Below, one piece after another: positions 1 to 8,494 of a DNA stretch of 64,000 nucleotides. Under the pieces are notes generated by a model. That model searched no databases. It was not told where the DNA came from and worked only from the letters and a program-made list of their open reading frames with translations. This DNA is from a virus (taxonomy: Duplodnaviria; Caudoviricetes). Made by a program: the position numbers and the translations under genes. How positions within the stretch are numbered: the first letter of the stretch is position 1; every line of letters begins with the position of its first letter. The DNA lies in the IMG/VR virus record IMGVR_UViG_3300008116_000002; one strand, written 5' to 3'.

Positions 1-340
1 TAAAGAGAATCTAATTGTTGACGAATGGTCCGAGAAACAATATAATCCCTATATTATAAACAAGGGTCTTTCGTATGGACATGATACTGTTATTCCTGCG
101 AATGAGATGAATTCTAGACCTCATTTGGACAAAACCCTTCAATTTCATTTCCTTATAAATATTATTAGGCCTAAAAAAAGATTCAATAAATGGATCAAGG
201 CCGAGAAGGTCGATGATTTGGAAACAGTAAAAGAATACTATGGCTACAGCACAGAGAAGGCCAAACAAATTCTTCCGCTTCTGAATGAATCGATTATAGA
301 TGAAATGAGAAAAAGAATAACAAAGGGCGGCAAGAAATGA
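1..340 (+). CDS. 62: Clamp loader small subunit (gp62), 5'-truncated by the window
   Basis: Frame is open from the window edge: ...YNPYIINKGLSYGHDTVIPANEMN...QFHFLINIIRPKKRFNKW...KEYYGYSTEKAKQILPLL; sits immediately upstream of regA as in T4-like phages. Confidence 0.9.
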   Translation, partial: KENLIVDEWSEKQYNPYIINKGLSYGHDTVIPANEMNSRPHLDKTLQFHFLINIIRPKKRFNKWIKAEKVDDLETVKEYYGYSTEKAKQILPLLNESIIDEMRKRITKGGKK

Positions 341-771
341 ATACAGATATTATTTCCATTAATTACCCGGGGTATAATCCCCTGGAAGTGATTCTTAAAG
401 AACCCGACGATTTTCTAAAGGTAAGAGAGACCTTGACAAGAATCGGCGTTGCTTCGAGAAAAGATAAAACCCTATATCAGTCGTGCCACATTTTACATAA
501 GCAGGGAAGATACTTTATTGTACACTTTAAAGAGCTATTTGCTTTAGATGGTAAAGTCGCAGATTTAACTGATAATGATTTACAGCGTAGAAATACTATT
601 GCCAAGTTGCTGGTAGACTGGGGTTTGATAGAAATTAATAATTCGCACCTATTTACAGATTATGCTCCCCTTTCCCAGATCAAAGTCATTTCCCATAAGG
701 AAAAGGATGATTGGAAATTGGAAACAAAATATAATATTGGTAAGAAAAAATTAAGTGGTGCATATAAATAA
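337..771 (+). CDS. regA: Translational repressor RegA
   Basis: PDDFLKVRETLTRIGVASRKDKTLYQSCHILHKQGRYFIVHFKELFALDG is the RegA signature. Confidence 0.97.
   Translation: MNTDIISINYPGYNPLEVILKEPDDFLKVRETLTRIGVASRKDKTLYQSCHILHKQGRYFIVHFKELFALDGKVADLTDNDLQRRNTIAKLLVDWGLIEINNSHLFTDYAPLSQIKVISHKEKDDWKLETKYNIGKKKLSGAYK
763..770 (+). promoter_or_regulatory. T4-type late promoter
   Basis: Exact TATAAATA overlapping the regA stop codon, upstream of pqqA and hsp20. Confidence 0.75.
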
Positions 772-869
772 TTTGTAGTTCGATAATGATCTCAAATTGG
801 ACCTTGCTACAGCATCTCCAATGAACTGATCGTAACAGCAGTACTTTTTAATCTTTCAAGGAGACTATT

Positions 870-941
870 ATGTGGACTAAACCTACAGCAAAAGATATGC
901 GTTTTGGATTTGAAATCACAATGTATATCGCAAATAGATAA
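870..941 (+). CDS. pqqA: PQQ precursor peptide PqqA (23 aa; missed by the ORF track)
   Basis: Manual translation MWTKPTAKDMRFGFEITMYIANR*; has the E-x-x-x-Y core (EITMY) and the MWxKP...R-x-G-F-E pattern; SD AAGGAG upstream. Confidence 0.93.
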   Translation: MWTKPTAKDMRFGFEITMYIANR

Positions 942-958
942 TCATCCCTTCGGGATGG
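942..958 (+). other. Stem-loop right after the pqqA stop
   Basis: TCATCCC-TTC-GGGATGG inverted repeat; no U tract. Confidence 0.5.
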
Positions 959-959
959 G

Positions 960-989
960 ACTGGTTGGCAGTTCCAGTTAAAACTGCCA
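960..989 (+). other. Putative H-type RNA pseudoknot
   Basis: S1 ACTGG(960-964)/CCAGT(974-978); S2 TGGCAGT(966-972)/ACTGCCA(983-989); loops of 1, 1 and 4 nt. Confidence 0.6.
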
Positions 990-1086
990 TCTAAAGAAAG
1001 GACTATGCCGAATGGATAGTTTAATTTCGCAGTTTGTTTTTGGTACCCCAGCATGGGGAAATAACTCGCTTAATAAGGAGACCGAT

Positions 1087-1308
1087 ATGTTGTATTACGC
1101 TAATATGGCCATTGATGCCATCCAGTCAGGAAAAACCACGTGGCTTCAAACTTTCGTCAAGGAAGAACAAGTACGCAAACCTCTTCAACAGTTTGTAGAT
1201 GCACAGACAGCCTACACAAAACAGATTACCAAGACATGGTATGATGTAACAGGTGCTGCTGCAAAAGCAACAGTTGATAAAGTATTTTCTAAGGAGGTGA
1301 AAGAATGA
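1087..1308 (+). CDS. Small helical hypothetical protein (loosely phasin-like)
   Basis: Start reassigned to ATG 1087 after SD TAAGGAG; amphipathic Q/A/T-rich helices; ATGA overlap with hsp20. Confidence 0.7.
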   Translation: MLYYANMAIDAIQSGKTTWLQTFVKEEQVRKPLQQFVDAQTAYTKQITKTWYDVTGAAAKATVDKVFSKEVKE

Positions 1309-1796
1309 ACTGGCTGCTATCCAATGTACCAAAAGACTTTGACAAATTTTTTGTAGGCTTTGACGAACAGTTCAATCGCCTGGCAAAAATGCATGATGAT
1401 ATCACAAAGAACATTCCTAATTATCCTCCATACAATATCAAAAAAACAGGTGACAATACATACCTGATTGAAGTTGCTGTCGCAGGTTTTGCGAAGCAAG
1501 ATATTGAGATTGAGTTAGTTGACGGCAAGATGGTCGTTACTGGCAAAACTCATAGTGATGATGATAGCAGTTTCTTATTCAGAGGAATTGCAAATAGAGC
1601 ATTTACTCGCACTTTTGCTTTAGATGATCAAATCGAAGTTAAAGATGCAGAAATGTTTAATGGTATGTTAAAGATTTTCTTGGAGCGTATTATTCCCGAG
1701 CATAAGAAGCCTAAGAAAATTGATGTTAAAGATACTAGTGAAACTTCTAAACCTAGCAAAAAGTCTAAAGAACTTTTACTAGAAGAAGACAAGTAA
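1305..1796 (+). CDS. hsp20: Small heat shock protein (Hsp20/IbpA family)
   Basis: NYPPYNI...IEVAVAGF...FLFRGIANRAFTRTFAL...AEMFNGMLKIFLERIIPEHKKPKKI alpha-crystallin domain. Confidence 0.96.
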   Translation: MNWLLSNVPKDFDKFFVGFDEQFNRLAKMHDDITKNIPNYPPYNIKKTGDNTYLIEVAVAGFAKQDIEIELVDGKMVVTGKTHSDDDSSFLFRGIANRAFTRTFALDDQIEVKDAEMFNGMLKIFLERIIPEHKKPKKIDVKDTSETSKPSKKSKELLLEEDK

Positions 1797-1800
1797 TTTA

Positions 1801-1816
1801 GGGGGCTTCGGCCCCC
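1801..1816 (+). terminator. T4-style CUUCGG hairpin (terminator or processing site)
   Basis: GGGGG-CTTCGG-CCCCC immediately after the hsp20 stop; U tract weak. Confidence 0.6.
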
Positions 1817-1932
1817 TGTACATATGATCAAAAAATGGTTTAAAAAATTTTTTAAGTGGTGGAGCGACTCTATCATTCATATAAGAAAGTATGATAGAGA
1901 TACGCCGCCCTGGTATTGATAAAGGATAAAAA

Positions 1933-2268
1933 ATGGTAAAGCTACTTAAACTAATCACAAGTGAAGAAATTGTAGGGAATTGCACAAAGAAGGGATCTAA
2001 GATTTACATAGACAAACCATGTGCTATTATGTTAATTTCCTCAAAGTCTACTCCAGACCAACATTCAATGGCATTGATTCCCTACGCTGCATATGCGAAG
2101 GATCATAAAATAGAAATTGAAAAGCGTCAAGTTGTATGGGAAGCAGATCTAGAAGATGATGTGTTGAATCAATACAATGCTATCTTCGGTTCAGGTATTC
2201 AAATTGTATCTGGAGATGTACCTAGAAACATTCCGAATATTTCCCAGCTTAGTGTTGTTGGGTCTTAA
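1933..2268 (+). CDS. Conserved T4-like hypothetical protein (Sm-like fold suspected)
   Basis: VKLLKLITSEEIVG...LIPYAAYA...LNQYNAIFGSGI; SD AAGGA; type usually found between hsp20 and gp43. Confidence 0.75.
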   Translation: MVKLLKLITSEEIVGNCTKKGSKIYIDKPCAIMLISSKSTPDQHSMALIPYAAYAKDHKIEIEKRQVVWEADLEDDVLNQYNAIFGSGIQIVSGDVPRNIPNISQLSVVGS

Positions 2269-2567
2269 GAGTTTTTATCTTTTCCCGAACCAATAATACA
2301 ACCCTCACCCCCAAAGGCTGGATCATCGCTATATTCTATAATAGTCCATGATCCAGTTTCTTTGTTTCTATACATAACAATTTTAGTGAGAAAATCATTA
2401 TATACTTGATTGGTTACTAGAAACTCTAACTTTTCCCCATAATTAGTTTTTAAATTATTTAGCATTTCGGATAGAGGCGAACACAATACAGGTTTATGTC
2501 TCTGGGATATCTGAGAATAAGCCAGAGGTGAAATTAAAATCATAAACAAAAGAATTAAGGTTTTCAT
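2265..2567 (-). CDS. Secreted or periplasmic hypothetical protein
   Basis: Start reassigned to MKTLILLFMILISPLAYS (signal peptide); two Cys. Confidence 0.65.
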   Translation of the reverse strand: MKTLILLFMILISPLAYSQISQRHKPVLCSPLSEMLNNLKTNYGEKLEFLVTNQVYNDFLTKIVMYRNKETGSWTIIEYSDDPAFGGEGCIIGSGKDKNS

Positions 2568-3360
2568 TTCGTATCCTTTGCGTTGTTTTTTCACAATCCA
2601 CCCATTTTAGATTGTTGTAATGTTGATAGGGCCATGTGCCTTTGGGTAACAAACATACTCCTAATTCTGGGCTATTTTCTATTCTTACCTGAACTATAGC
2701 CCAGACTAACCATGCAAAATATAGAACTGTTAAACTAGTTAAACACCAGCATAAAATTTTATACTGCAATCTTTTCTTTTTTCTTGCATTTATTTTAGCA
2801 AGCTCTCTTTCACGCTGCATTTCTATAGCAATCGCCCCAGCCTGTTCTTGGCCGACTTTTTCCATCATGTCGTTTACTTCAGTCCATAGCGTACCAAGTT
2901 CGGGTGGGCTGTTATAGACCATGATTTCGCGCAGTTCTTCGCCCATGTGCTGAAGCTGCTTTTTAAGTAAAACACGCTGTAGAGCACGTTTACCTAGACT
3001 GTCTTCTCCATGATAAACTTCTGTTTTACTACGTCGTTCTTCTTCTTCAAATATGGCCTTGCACTTGTAGTAGTTGTCAAAGTATGCACCTAGTTGCTGT
3101 CCAATTTCTGTGTAGATATTAGTTGTATCACCCGACTTCTTGTTTAATTCTATTATGCGATTTTTTTCTTCAATGTACTGATTGCGTTCCTGAACCGTAG
3201 GTTGGCGATCTTTAAATTTATTATGAAATTGATCGTCAAGATCTTTGAGGACCTCCTTGACATCCCCAGCCGCACCTTTAATATCCTTATAAAGTTTACA
3301 GCCTTCCTTGACGAGTTTAACTGCTCCGTTTGCTAAAGCAAACAGTGTTAATGGATCCAT
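2494..3360 (-). CDS. Coiled-coil protein with one C-terminal TM helix
   Basis: 288-aa ORF; long helical region, then YKILCWCLTSLTVLYFAWLVWAIV, then a Cys-containing tail. Confidence 0.75.
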   Translation of the reverse strand: MDPLTLFALANGAVKLVKEGCKLYKDIKGAAGDVKEVLKDLDDQFHNKFKDRQPTVQERNQYIEEKNRIIELNKKSGDTTNIYTEIGQQLGAYFDNYYKCKAIFEEEERRSKTEVYHGEDSLGKRALQRVLLKKQLQHMGEELREIMVYNSPPELGTLWTEVNDMMEKVGQEQAGAIAIEMQRERELAKINARKKKRLQYKILCWCLTSLTVLYFAWLVWAIVQVRIENSPELGVCLLPKGTWPYQHYNNLKWVDCEKTTQRIRNENLNSFVYDFNFTSGLFSDIPET

Positions 3361-3366
3361 TTTCTT

Positions 3367-3579
3367 TTATTTTTTATCCCTGTTCTTCACGGCCTCTTTT
3401 AACATAGATTTAATCATTAGTAAAACTCTTCCCTTTTCTCTTTCGGTAAGATGTTTGACTAACATCAGTTTGTCATCATAACTTTTAGCACCATCTAAAA
3501 AGTCGGCAGGAACAGATATCTTTTTCTTTTTCTTAAATTTCTTTAATTCGTTTTTTAGCTTATCTTGTTCCTCCGACAT
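3367..3579 (-). CDS. Small basic hypothetical protein
   Basis: 70-aa ORF with SD, in a co-directional cassette. Confidence 0.6.
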   Translation of the reverse strand: MSEEQDKLKNELKKFKKKKKISVPADFLDGAKSYDDKLMLVKHLTEREKGRVLLMIKSMLKEAVKNRDKK

Positions 3580-3590
3580 TTTTTCTTCTC

Positions 3591-3767
3591 TTATTTTTTC
3601 TCTGGAATCTTAGTGCCTTCTAACTTTTTATGCACTTTGATTGTTTTACAAACTTCTTTTTCTTTTTTAGTCTTGTTATCAAACTCTTTGACACAGACTT
3701 TTTTTTCTTCTGCCGCATAAGCCAATGGCATTGTTGCGATTAATAACGCTGTAATTAAATTTTTCAT
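3591..3767 (-). CDS. Small exported Lys-rich protein (58 aa; missed by the ORF track)
   Basis: Manual translation MKNLITALLIATMPLAYAAEEKKVCVKEFDNKTKKEKEVCKTIKVHKKLEGTKIPEKK*; signal peptide, Cys pair, ATGA overlap with the upstream gene. Confidence 0.7.
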   Translation of the reverse strand: MKNLITALLIATMPLAYAAEEKKVCVKEFDNKTKKEKEVCKTIKVHKKLEGTKIPEKK

Positions 3768-3988
3768 TTCTTTTCCTTTGAAGTAAATTTTTCAGATGCG
3801 GTAAATCCAAGACCACCGATGACGATATACATCATATATTCATAGGTGGTAGGATTTACTTTTCTTTCAAAAAACATTTCTGCAATAAACCCAATGGCTA
3901 GCAAAGCAAATGCCAAAAAGGTTATTACTCTTTTGCTGCTTGGATTTTGCTCTCCTTCACCGGAGAGCATTTTGGCCAGAAAGTTCAT
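3764..3988 (-). CDS. Two-TM membrane protein, holin candidate
   Basis: 74 aa, two hydrophobic segments, basic C-terminus, in the endolysin operon. Confidence 0.6.
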   Translation of the reverse strand: MNFLAKMLSGEGEQNPSSKRVITFLAFALLAIGFIAEMFFERKVNPTTYEYMMYIVIGGLGFTASEKFTSKEKK

Positions 3989-4474
3989 TTATAGCTCCGG
4001 ATGTGGAGGTTGTGCTGGTGCTTCTTTACCACCAAAGCCTGCAGCAACATTAGGCGCAAAGCTTGCAAACGCATCAGGTGCTGCTGCAAATGGGCTTGCT
4101 GTAGATGTTGCTACTGCCGCACTACCTAGTGATATTGAGGCACTCAACCCGTTAACCGGAGGTGTAGGTGGCGGAGTATATGGTTTGTTCGCTGCATCTA
4201 ATGCTTTAGCTCTTAAATCCTTATCGTCACCTGCTAGCATAATGCCAGACAATGTACCAGTTAAGAATGTAGCAATCGGAATAATTAATTCAAAGAACTT
4301 ATTATCCACTGGGCTCATACCATTCATTGGTTGAGTAACAAAGATTAAACTATATAGAACAACAAAAACAATTCCAAATAGTGTTAACCCTAAAACGATA
4401 CCAATAAAGAATTTTAATCTCGCGTTTAATTCTTCAGTTGTATATCTTGGTCCTTCCCATATATCTTTAATCAT
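3989..4474 (-). CDS. Two-TM membrane protein with Pro/Ala-rich tail (lysis-associated candidate)
   Basis: FFIGIVLGLTLFGIVFVVLYSLIF and FFELIIPIATFLTGTLSGIML; directly downstream of the lipoprotein gene. Confidence 0.65.
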   Translation of the reverse strand: MIKDIWEGPRYTTEELNARLKFFIGIVLGLTLFGIVFVVLYSLIFVTQPMNGMSPVDNKFFELIIPIATFLTGTLSGIMLAGDDKDLRAKALDAANKPYTPPPTPPVNGLSASISLGSAAVATSTASPFAAAPDAFASFAPNVAAGFGGKEAPAQPPHPEL

Positions 4475-4716
4475 TTACATTCTCCTTTTTTCGGCATCTG
4501 TTGTGCAGGCTGCGCTATATTTGTATTTCCCGGTGCGGCTCCAACCTTATCTTTTTCATATGGAGTCAAATCCTCAGGGCAAGTTCCATTGGCACTACAA
4601 TATGGTTTTTTACATTCTTTCTTTTCCCAATTGTCTGGATCTTGACAGGGATAACGATAGTTCTCCGAGCAAGCAACCAGCAAAGGTAATAGTAAAAGTG
4701 CTAAATATCTCATCAA
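4471..4716 (-). CDS. Lipoprotein (o-spanin candidate)
   Basis: Lipobox LLVA-C after a hydrophobic signal; Pro/Cys-rich mature part; adjacent to the endolysin. Confidence 0.7.
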   Translation of the reverse strand: MMRYLALLLLPLLVACSENYRYPCQDPDNWEKKECKKPYCSANGTCPEDLTPYEKDKVGAAPGNTNIAQPAQQMPKKGECK

Positions 4717-5330
4717 TGTCCTCCCAGAACATGAAGTGCGTGAGCATAATGCTTTTTGCGATCTTCAAGTCCTATGGTCCCACCATTGATTCTTTTTGTC
4801 ATGGTAAGAATGTCTCCGGTGTCTGCCCATTGATTTAGTTTATTTGTTTCCCAAAACCAACACGCGGATTGTGCAGCACCCTCAAAAGTCTGAGTATATT
4901 CTGCAGCCTCTTCTGGAGAAATTTCTAATGAAGCGGCAAACCAAGTGTAGTTTGTTTTACCTGTCAATTGAATAAGTCCGCGACCTCGGTATCTCCACCC
5001 GTCGCCTGATGCTTCGTCACCGTTGCCCATACGATTCGCATAGATACGATTCGCAATTTTCTCTGGTTTCTTTTCGTAGGTTTTTGCAGTTGCAATATCC
5101 GAAAAGTATTTCCCAAATATTTTTACCAGGCTTTCTGCTTTATAATTTAGATTTTCTGTGAGAAAAACAAACCCGCCCGATTCATGTGCACACTGTGCAA
5201 CGAATGCTGCAATCCTTTGGGGAGTGTTGATTTCATAATCCGGTAATAATTGACTCAATGCATTATGCCACTGATCAATATAAGGATTCTTAGGTAATAA
5301 TTGTTTAAGCTGAGCTTTGGTCAGTTCCAT
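4713..5330 (-). CDS. Glycoside hydrolase family 19 endolysin
   Basis: IAAFVAQCAHESG, ENLNY, YRGRGLIQLTGKTNY, TKRINGGTIGLEDR motifs. Confidence 0.93.
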   Translation of the reverse strand: MELTKAQLKQLLPKNPYIDQWHNALSQLLPDYEINTPQRIAAFVAQCAHESGGFVFLTENLNYKAESLVKIFGKYFSDIATAKTYEKKPEKIANRIYANRMGNGDEASGDGWRYRGRGLIQLTGKTNYTWFAASLEISPEEAAEYTQTFEGAAQSACWFWETNKLNQWADTGDILTMTKRINGGTIGLEDRKKHYAHALHVLGGH

Positions 5331-5453
5331 TTAGTTTCCTTTAAGTTATGATAATAAAGTCATGTGCTTGACCTTAAGGTTCAACTCAAAAGAAAAACGG
5401 ACGAAGAATGCCAAAAAGCACGAAAAAAGGATTACTTTTAGTAATCTCCCTTA

Positions 5454-5461
5454 TATTTATA
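5454..5461 (-). promoter_or_regulatory. T4-type late promoter for the lysis cassette
   Basis: TATAAATA on the minus strand about 125 nt upstream of the endolysin start. Confidence 0.75.
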
Positions 5462-5490
5462 TTGCACCCTAGCAATAGATATATTATAAT
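5462..5490 (+). promoter_or_regulatory. Sigma70-like promoter (gp43)
   Basis: TTGCAC-17 bp-TATAAT, back-to-back with the divergent late promoter. Confidence 0.65.
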
Positions 5491-5516
5491 TAGGCGTTAA
5501 ACGAGGAGCAAAACTA

Positions 5517-8006
5517 ATGAAATTCTACACTAGCGTCAATCAGTATGGTAACAATATTTTGGTTAGGGGCGTGAACAATGGCAAAATGGTTCAGGAAAGA
5601 ATCCCCTTTAAACCGACGCTTTTTGTCAAATCCAGAGAGGAAAGTAAGTACAAATCCCTATACGGGGAAAATCTTCAATCTATAAATTTTGAGAATATTA
5701 ACGACGCCAAGGATTATATTTCTCAGTATAAAGATGTAGAAAACTTTCCGATCTTCGGTAATACCAATTTTGCGTATCAGTATATAACTGAGAACTTTTC
5801 TGATAACATAGAATTTGATATTTCTCAGATTAAAATTTGGTCCTTGGATATTGAAACATCTGCGGACAATGGATTCCCCGATGTATCAAGCGCACAGGAA
5901 AAGGTTCTTCTAATTACAATTCAAGATTACGAAACGAAGAAACTTACCACATTCGGTCTAAATGATTACGCCCCTAAAACTGAAAAGCATACCTATATTG
6001 GATGTAAAGATGAGATAACACTTCTCACTAAATTTTTAGATTTTATTTCCAGTGATTACCCTCACATCATAACAGGTTGGAACGTAGAATTTTTTGATAT
6101 CCCGTACCTATGTAATCGCATTCGAAGAATTCTTGGCGAGGATACACTTAGAACTTTTTCTCCCTGGAGAAATGTCAAGGAAAAAAACATCATCAAATTG
6201 AAGAAAGAAAATATTTCTTTTGATCTTCTCGGCATCGCTATTCTAGATTATTTAGATTTGTACAAGAAGTTTACTTATACAAATCAGGAATCCTACAAAC
6301 TAGATCACATCGCAAAAGTAGAACTAGGTAAAGAAAAATTATCCTATGAAGGAACCTTTACAGACTTTTATAAAAATGATTGGGAAAGGTTTGTTGACTA
6401 TAACATTCGAGATGTGGAACTTGTAGATGAACTAGAAGAAAAGATGAGACTAATTGAACTCATCTTAACTATGGCTTATGATGCAAAGTGTAATTATATT
6501 GATATCTTTTCTGCAGTAAGAACTTGGGATTGTATTCTTTATAATGAACTATGGAAAAAGAATATTGTAGTCCATCAAAGAGAGAATAGATCTGGCAGAC
6601 AAATTGCGGGTGCTTATGTCAAGGAACCTAAACCTGGTAAGTACAACTGGGTAGTTTCTTTTGATGCTACTAGTCTGTATCCAAGTATTATTATGCAGTA
6701 TAATATGTCTCCGGAAACTCTAATTACAGACTATCCATATCTGTATGATGTTAGTATATCTAAACTTCTGGAGAGTAAAGAAGATCTATCAGAACTTGAA
6801 GATAGAGATTATTGTATGACATCAAATGGTAGATGTTTCTCCAGAGATAAGCAAGGTGTATTTCCTGAAATTGTTCAAAAGTTATTTGATGATAGAAAGA
6901 AATATAAGAAACTGATGTTGGATGCTCAGAGTCAGTATGAAGAAACTAAAAATAAGCATTGGCTAAAAGAGATATCTAAGTATAATAACTTTCAGATGGC
7001 TAGAAAAATTCAAATGAATTCTTTGTTCGGAGCCATGGCAAATGAATACTTTAGATTTTATGACGACCACATTGCAGAAGGTATTACTTTAACAGGGCAG
7101 TATATTATTCAAAGTGTAGGTAAAGCCTTAGATGATTACCTGAATAAGGTATGCGGCACTAAAGACTTTCCTTATTCTTTTTATTCCGATACTGATTCCT
7201 GTTATATCACATTAGATCCCCTGGTTGAAAAATTCTACAAGAATCAATCCAAGGAAAAGATTGTTGGTATTCTCGACAAGATTTGTGAAACTAAGATTCA
7301 GGAAGTTCTAAATAAAGCATGCGATGGTATTGCATCCTACACAAATGCCTTTGATAAAAAAATTGTTTTTAAACGAGAGGCAATCGCAGAAACGGGTGTT
7401 TGGGTAGCTAAGAAAAGATATGCTTTGAACGTCTCGAATAATGAAGGGGTTCAATATAAAGAGCCCAAGTTGAAGGTGATGGGATTAGAAATCGTCAGAT
7501 CATCTACACCTGAGCCTGTAAGAGATGCACTTAGAGCGGCAGTTAAACTTGCACTAACCTCTGACGAGGAAACGCTTCAGAATTATATTAGAGACTTTGA
7601 ATCGGAATACAGAAAAATTAATCCAGAGGAGATATCCTTCCCTAGGGGAGTAAACGGATTAGATAAATATTCAGATAAAGCAAATATATATAAGCAAGCA
7701 ACTCCAATGCATGTCCGAGGAGCATTGCTTTATAATTTTTACTTGGAAAAATATGATCTAAGTAAAAAGTATCAGAGAATTAAAGAGGGTGACAAAATTA
7801 AGTTCATCTATCTCAAGGAACCTAATACTATAGGTGAGAACTGTATCGCATTTAACACTGTTATACCTCCAGAAATGGATCTTAGAAAATTTGCAGACTA
7901 TGATACAATGTTTGCGAAATCCTTTCTAGAACCTTTAACTACAATATTGGATGGTATTGGTTGGACAGCTAAACCGCAAGCTACATTAGAAGGATTATTC
8001 GGATGA
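5517..8006 (+). CDS. 43: Family B DNA polymerase (gp43)
   Basis: Exonuclease DIET and YNIRD; polymerase FDATSLYPS, KIQMNSLFG, YSDTDS; C-terminal clamp-binding LEGLFG. Confidence 0.99.
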   Translation: MKFYTSVNQYGNNILVRGVNNGKMVQERIPFKPTLFVKSREESKYKSLYGENLQSINFENINDAKDYISQYKDVENFPIFGNTNFAYQYITENFSDNIEFDISQIKIWSLDIETSADNGFPDVSSAQEKVLLITIQDYETKKLTTFGLNDYAPKTEKHTYIGCKDEITLLTKFLDFISSDYPHIITGWNVEFFDIPYLCNRIRRILGEDTLRTFSPWRNVKEKNIIKLKKENISFDLLGIAILDYLDLYKKFTYTNQESYKLDHIAKVELGKEKLSYEGTFTDFYKNDWERFVDYNIRDVELVDELEEKMRLIELILTMAYDAKCNYIDIFSAVRTWDCILYNELWKKNIVVHQRENRSGRQIAGAYVKEPKPGKYNWVVSFDATSLYPSIIMQYNMSPETLITDYPYLYDVSISKLLESKEDLSELEDRDYCMTSNGRCFSRDKQGVFPEIVQKLFDDRKKYKKLMLDAQSQYEETKNKHWLKEISKYNNFQMARKIQMNSLFGAMANEYFRFYDDHIAEGITLTGQYIIQSVGKALDDYLNKVCGTKDFPYSFYSDTDSCYITLDPLVEKFYKNQSKEKIVGILDKICETKIQEVLNKACDGIASYTNAFDKKIVFKREAIAETGVWVAKKRYALNVSNNEGVQYKEPKLKVMGLEIVRSSTPEPVRDALRAAVKLALTSDEETLQNYIRDFESEYRKINPEEISFPRGVNGLDKYSDKANIYKQATPMHVRGALLYNFYLEKYDLSKKYQRIKEGDKIKFIYLKEPNTIGENCIAFNTVIPPEMDLRKFADYDTMFAKSFLEPLTTILDGIGWTAKPQATLEGLFG

Positions 8007-8437
8007 AAAAATTACTATTATTACTAGTTGCACTGCCCCTATTTGCATTTGCACAAAAAACACCTCAAGGTGTAACATATGATGCTCAGATTTTAAAAGT
8101 TAATGACGGAGATACTATCGTTATTGCTGCACCGTTTTTGCCTGCTCCCCTAAAACCCCAATTGGCGGTACGTGTCTTCGGGGTAGACACTCCAGAAAAA
8201 GGCTTTCGTGCAAAGTGTGAAGCCGAGAATCAGCGAGGACTTGCAGCCTCAGAGTTTACTAAAAACGCTGTTGCCAAATCAATTAAGCGTCAGGTCATCC
8301 TCTACGACTGGGATAAGTTCGGTGGTCGTGTATTGGGTGATATCATTTTAGATGGACAAAGCTTAAGAGCGATGTTAATTAAGAATGGTTTCGCCAGAGA
8401 ATATTATGGTGAGGCAAAACAAAGTTGGTGCGATTAA
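8003..8437 (+). CDS. Thermonuclease (SNase family) with signal peptide
   Basis: DGDT, VRVFGVDTPE, DKFGGRVLG, GFAREY motifs; N-terminal signal sequence. Confidence 0.9.
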   Translation: MKKLLLLLVALPLFAFAQKTPQGVTYDAQILKVNDGDTIVIAAPFLPAPLKPQLAVRVFGVDTPEKGFRAKCEAENQRGLAASEFTKNAVAKSIKRQVILYDWDKFGGRVLGDIILDGQSLRAMLIKNGFAREYYGEAKQSWCD

Positions 8438-8440
8438 TTA

Positions 8441-8469
8441 TAGACTTATTGCATAGATTGCAATATAAT
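8441..8469 (+). promoter_or_regulatory. Sigma70-like promoter (uvsX)
   Basis: TAGACT-17 bp-TATAAT. Confidence 0.65.
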
Positions 8470-8494
8470 ATAGATTATTACTTTAGGAGATATT

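Noticed and set aside
1824-1919. 31-aa Trp/Lys-rich sORF (MIKKWFKKFFKWWSDSIIHIRKYDRDTPPWY)
   Set aside because: Plausibly real but has no clear SD and starts just after a hairpin; not enough support to call.
2494-2594. 74-nt overlap between two minus-strand genes as a programmed frameshift
   Set aside because: No clear slippery-site-plus-structure combination; more simply a C-terminal extension or lost stop codon.
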